A stretch of 64,000 nt of DNA from the human T2T-CHM13v2.0 reference genome, Homo sapiens: NCBI RefSeq assembly GCF_009914755.1, contig NC_060934.1, one strand, 5' to 3'. A program made the position numbers and the translations under genes. Each line of letters opens with the position of its first letter. Positions within the stretch are counted from its first letter, which is position 1. A model generated the notes under the pieces. That model saw only the letters and a list, made by a program, of their open reading frames with translations, ran no database searches and was not told the origin of the DNA. This document shows positions 60,795 through 64,000 of the stretch, piece after piece.

Positions 60795-61630
60795 AAGATT
60801 CTATTGAAGAGCTTGATGGGGAAAGCAGAGTTGTGGTTTTTGGTTTTTTTTAGTATAAAAAAAAAAGTGGGCTGGGGATAGTGGCTCATGCCTGTAATCC
60901 CAGAACTTTGAGAGGCCGAGGCAGGAGGATCACTTGAGCCCAGGAGTTCAAGACCAGCCTGGACAATATAGAGAGACCCTGTCTCTACAAAAATAAGAAA
61001 AATAGCCAGGTATGGTGGTGCACGTGCCTGTAGTCCCAGCTACTTGGAAGGCTAAGGTGAAAGGATTGCTTGAGCTTGGGAGGTTAAGTCTGCAGTGAGC
61101 TGAGATTGCGCCACTGCATTTGTTTTGAAAAATAAGAGAAAAGAAAAAAAGAATATAAAAAGGAAAGGAAGAAAAGAAAAACGAAAATATTGTGTTAATG
61201 ATGTTCACTCGGAAAATTAAAAAAAAAAAGAAAATATGTAATAAATGTTATAAGGTAACAAATTCCATAGAATTTCAGAGGAAATAAAATGAACTTGTAG
61301 CTGGTAAGACAGAAGAAAATTGTGGTGGGAGTATATTTGAGCTGGGCTTTATAAGGATTCAGAGAATTTAACTTAAAACAGTGGGGACAAGGAGGCATTC
61401 TAGGTACAGTGAGCATAAGCAATGGCAGTGACACTAAACAAACCGTGATTTGGGAATTGCCTGTGACCTGAATTGGCACAGGTGGCAGGTGGGAAACATG
61501 ACTGTGACAGAGGCAAGATAGGATCATGGTTCCATCATCATTGTGTCAGGGACCTTATCCTATGGGTAAATGGGAGCCACTGAAGATCCTTGAGCAGGAG
61601 TCTCTGCGTTATCCCCACTATTGGGGCTAA

Positions 61631-61783
<153 letters not shown>

Positions 61784-62013
61784 TAGCTGGGATTATAGGT
61801 GTGCGCCACCACGGCCCGCTAATTTTTATATTTTTAGTAGAGATGGGGTTTCACCATGTTGGTCAAGCTGGTTTCGAACTCCTGACCTCGTGATCCGCCT
61901 GCCTCGGCCTCCCAGAGTGCTGGGATTATAGGCGTGAGCCACTGCGCCCAGCTGTGCTGAGCTTTTTAAAGAAACAAAACAGTGTTTCACCAGTGTTCCA
62001 ACCAGAACTCTGA

Positions 62014-62347
<334 letters not shown>

Positions 62348-63911
62348 TGAGCCTGGCTGGAAAGTCCCTTTTTTTTTTTTCTTTTTTAATTGAGACCGAG
62401 TCTGGCTCTTGTTGCCCAGGCTGGAGTGCAGTGGCATGATCTTGGCTCACTTGGCTCACGATCTTGGAGGATCAACCTCCACCTCCTGGGTTCAAGCAAT
62501 TCTCCTGCCTCAGCCTCCCAAGTAGCTGGGATTACAGGCATGCGCCACCACGCCCAGCTAATTTTTGTATTTTCAGTAGAGATGGGGTTTCACCATGTTG
62601 GTCAGACTGCTCTCGAACCCCTGACCTCAAGTGATCTGCCCACCTCGGCTTCCCAAAGTGCTGGTATTACAGGCGTGAGCCACCGCACCCGGCGGGAAAG
62701 TCCTTTTATATCAAACTTTATATCAACTCTGAATGGTTAAACTGGGATATCAGTTGAGAGGAGCTGCATGAAGCTTGTACTTAACTTGTGTCCTGACTGT
62801 TGAGCTATAACTCCATTATCTGCTTTAATAATCACATTGTATATTAAAGACTAAATCGGGCAGATTAACCCTGAATGTGATCTGGAAAGCCGCAGAATGC
62901 TCCTCCTTTCTCCCAGTCACTCCTAGGATTTGATAGACAGTCTAGATCAGTGGTTTTCATGTTTTAGTGTGGCTAAAAATGGCAGCCCGAGGTTGTATAC
63001 CCAAAACCAGGCACACTGTCCTTTATGCATGATTTAATGGATTTTCACAGGCACTGGATTGACTTTTGAGCCCACTGAACCCTAGCATGCCCCGCACCTC
63101 TGGCCGTTGGCCCTAACTCCCCAAAATATGAGTTCATCTGTTCATTTCTGCTCTTCCTAGTTTTATCCCAGTCTTGTCTGCACTTCCTTCTCCTTGGTTT
63201 GAACTTCTACTGTTGCCCTCCTCACCCCATCCCATTGTGCCCCTCTAGAAGCCTGTGCTGTTGTTAACAAACTACCCTAAGTTCTCAGCTGCACCACTGA
63301 ATGCTCTTTCACTCTCCTCACCTTTCCCCGTGGATACTGGAGCCCAGGGAAGACTCCCTTCCACACCCCACGACTGGACTGGGGCTGGGAGGGGGCCACT
63401 TACTTCGCTCGTCACCTCCTATAAGATCACCTGCTTCGAGGTTCATGCCATCAGCTCTGCCATCCTTTACTTCCTGCCATCCTTTATGGCCAGCTTCCTG
63501 GTCACACCTCCATGTCCCCTGAAGACTTTGGTACCTGACTCATCGTTGTCCTCCTCATCTCTTATCCTGGCAACACCCTGGTGACATCAGTACCTCTGTC
63601 AATAACCTGTGCCGACCCCACCACTGTTTGCTGGGTGTGTGTGGGGGGGGTGCATAGCTTCAACATCTTAGCCTCAGCTACAGCCCTGATCACCTCAGCT
63701 CCACTGGGCTTCACTTCACTCCACGCTTCTACAGCTGCTCACCACCTTGAATGTGCCATGGCGAAATCTTGCCTCCCTGTGTCTCACATTCTAACCATAA
63801 CCCCAGCTTGCAGTCCTCTCTCTCTCTCTCTCTCATTTCATCCTAACATGTTTCAATCACAGGAAGATTCTCAGTCCCTAGCCCCAGTATTGCCCTTCAA
63901 CCTAGGAAGAG

Positions 63912-64000
63912 GGGCCCCTCCCCTGGCCCTCATGTTTTGGAGGGCCCCCCCTGGGTCTCATGTTTTGGAGGGCCCCTGCCTTGAGTCTCAGGCTTTGGAG
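63912..64000 (+). repeat. Degenerate ~29-bp tandem repeat running off the window end
   Basis: Three copies of gggcccc..ctg..tctcatgttttggag. Confidence 0.75.

Overview
Human genomic DNA (an AluYa5 insertion is present). The window holds the coding part of SAMD8 (SMSr, the ER sphingomyelin synthase-related ceramide phosphoethanolamine synthase) on the + strand. It starts inside the intron before the first coding exon. Five coding exons (12012-12604, 26142-26237, 30038-30155, 37560-37710, 37882-38186) splice GT-AG into a 1248-nt ORF of 415 aa, with a SAM domain and the H301/H344/D348 catalytic triad. An approximately 5.4-kb 3'UTR ends near AATAAA at 43596, followed by about 20 kb of repeat-rich intergenic DNA. 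About 85 Alu copies (counted by eye, roughly 35-40% of the window) sit among old L1, L2, MIR, LTR and hAT remnants, and most other ORF-track entries are Alu artefacts. I see no demonstrably new multi-gene system. The best leads are: (1) a back-spliced exon 2-4 circle of 807 nt that would be a stop-free endless ORF, flanked by inverted Alus; (2) a 291-bp inverted templated insertion copied from about 5.5 kb away into an Alu lying head-to-head with another Alu; (3) a candidate 36/32-nt micro-exon in intron 4; (4) a young AluYa5 next to exon 2. Exon numbers assume one upstream exon outside the window.
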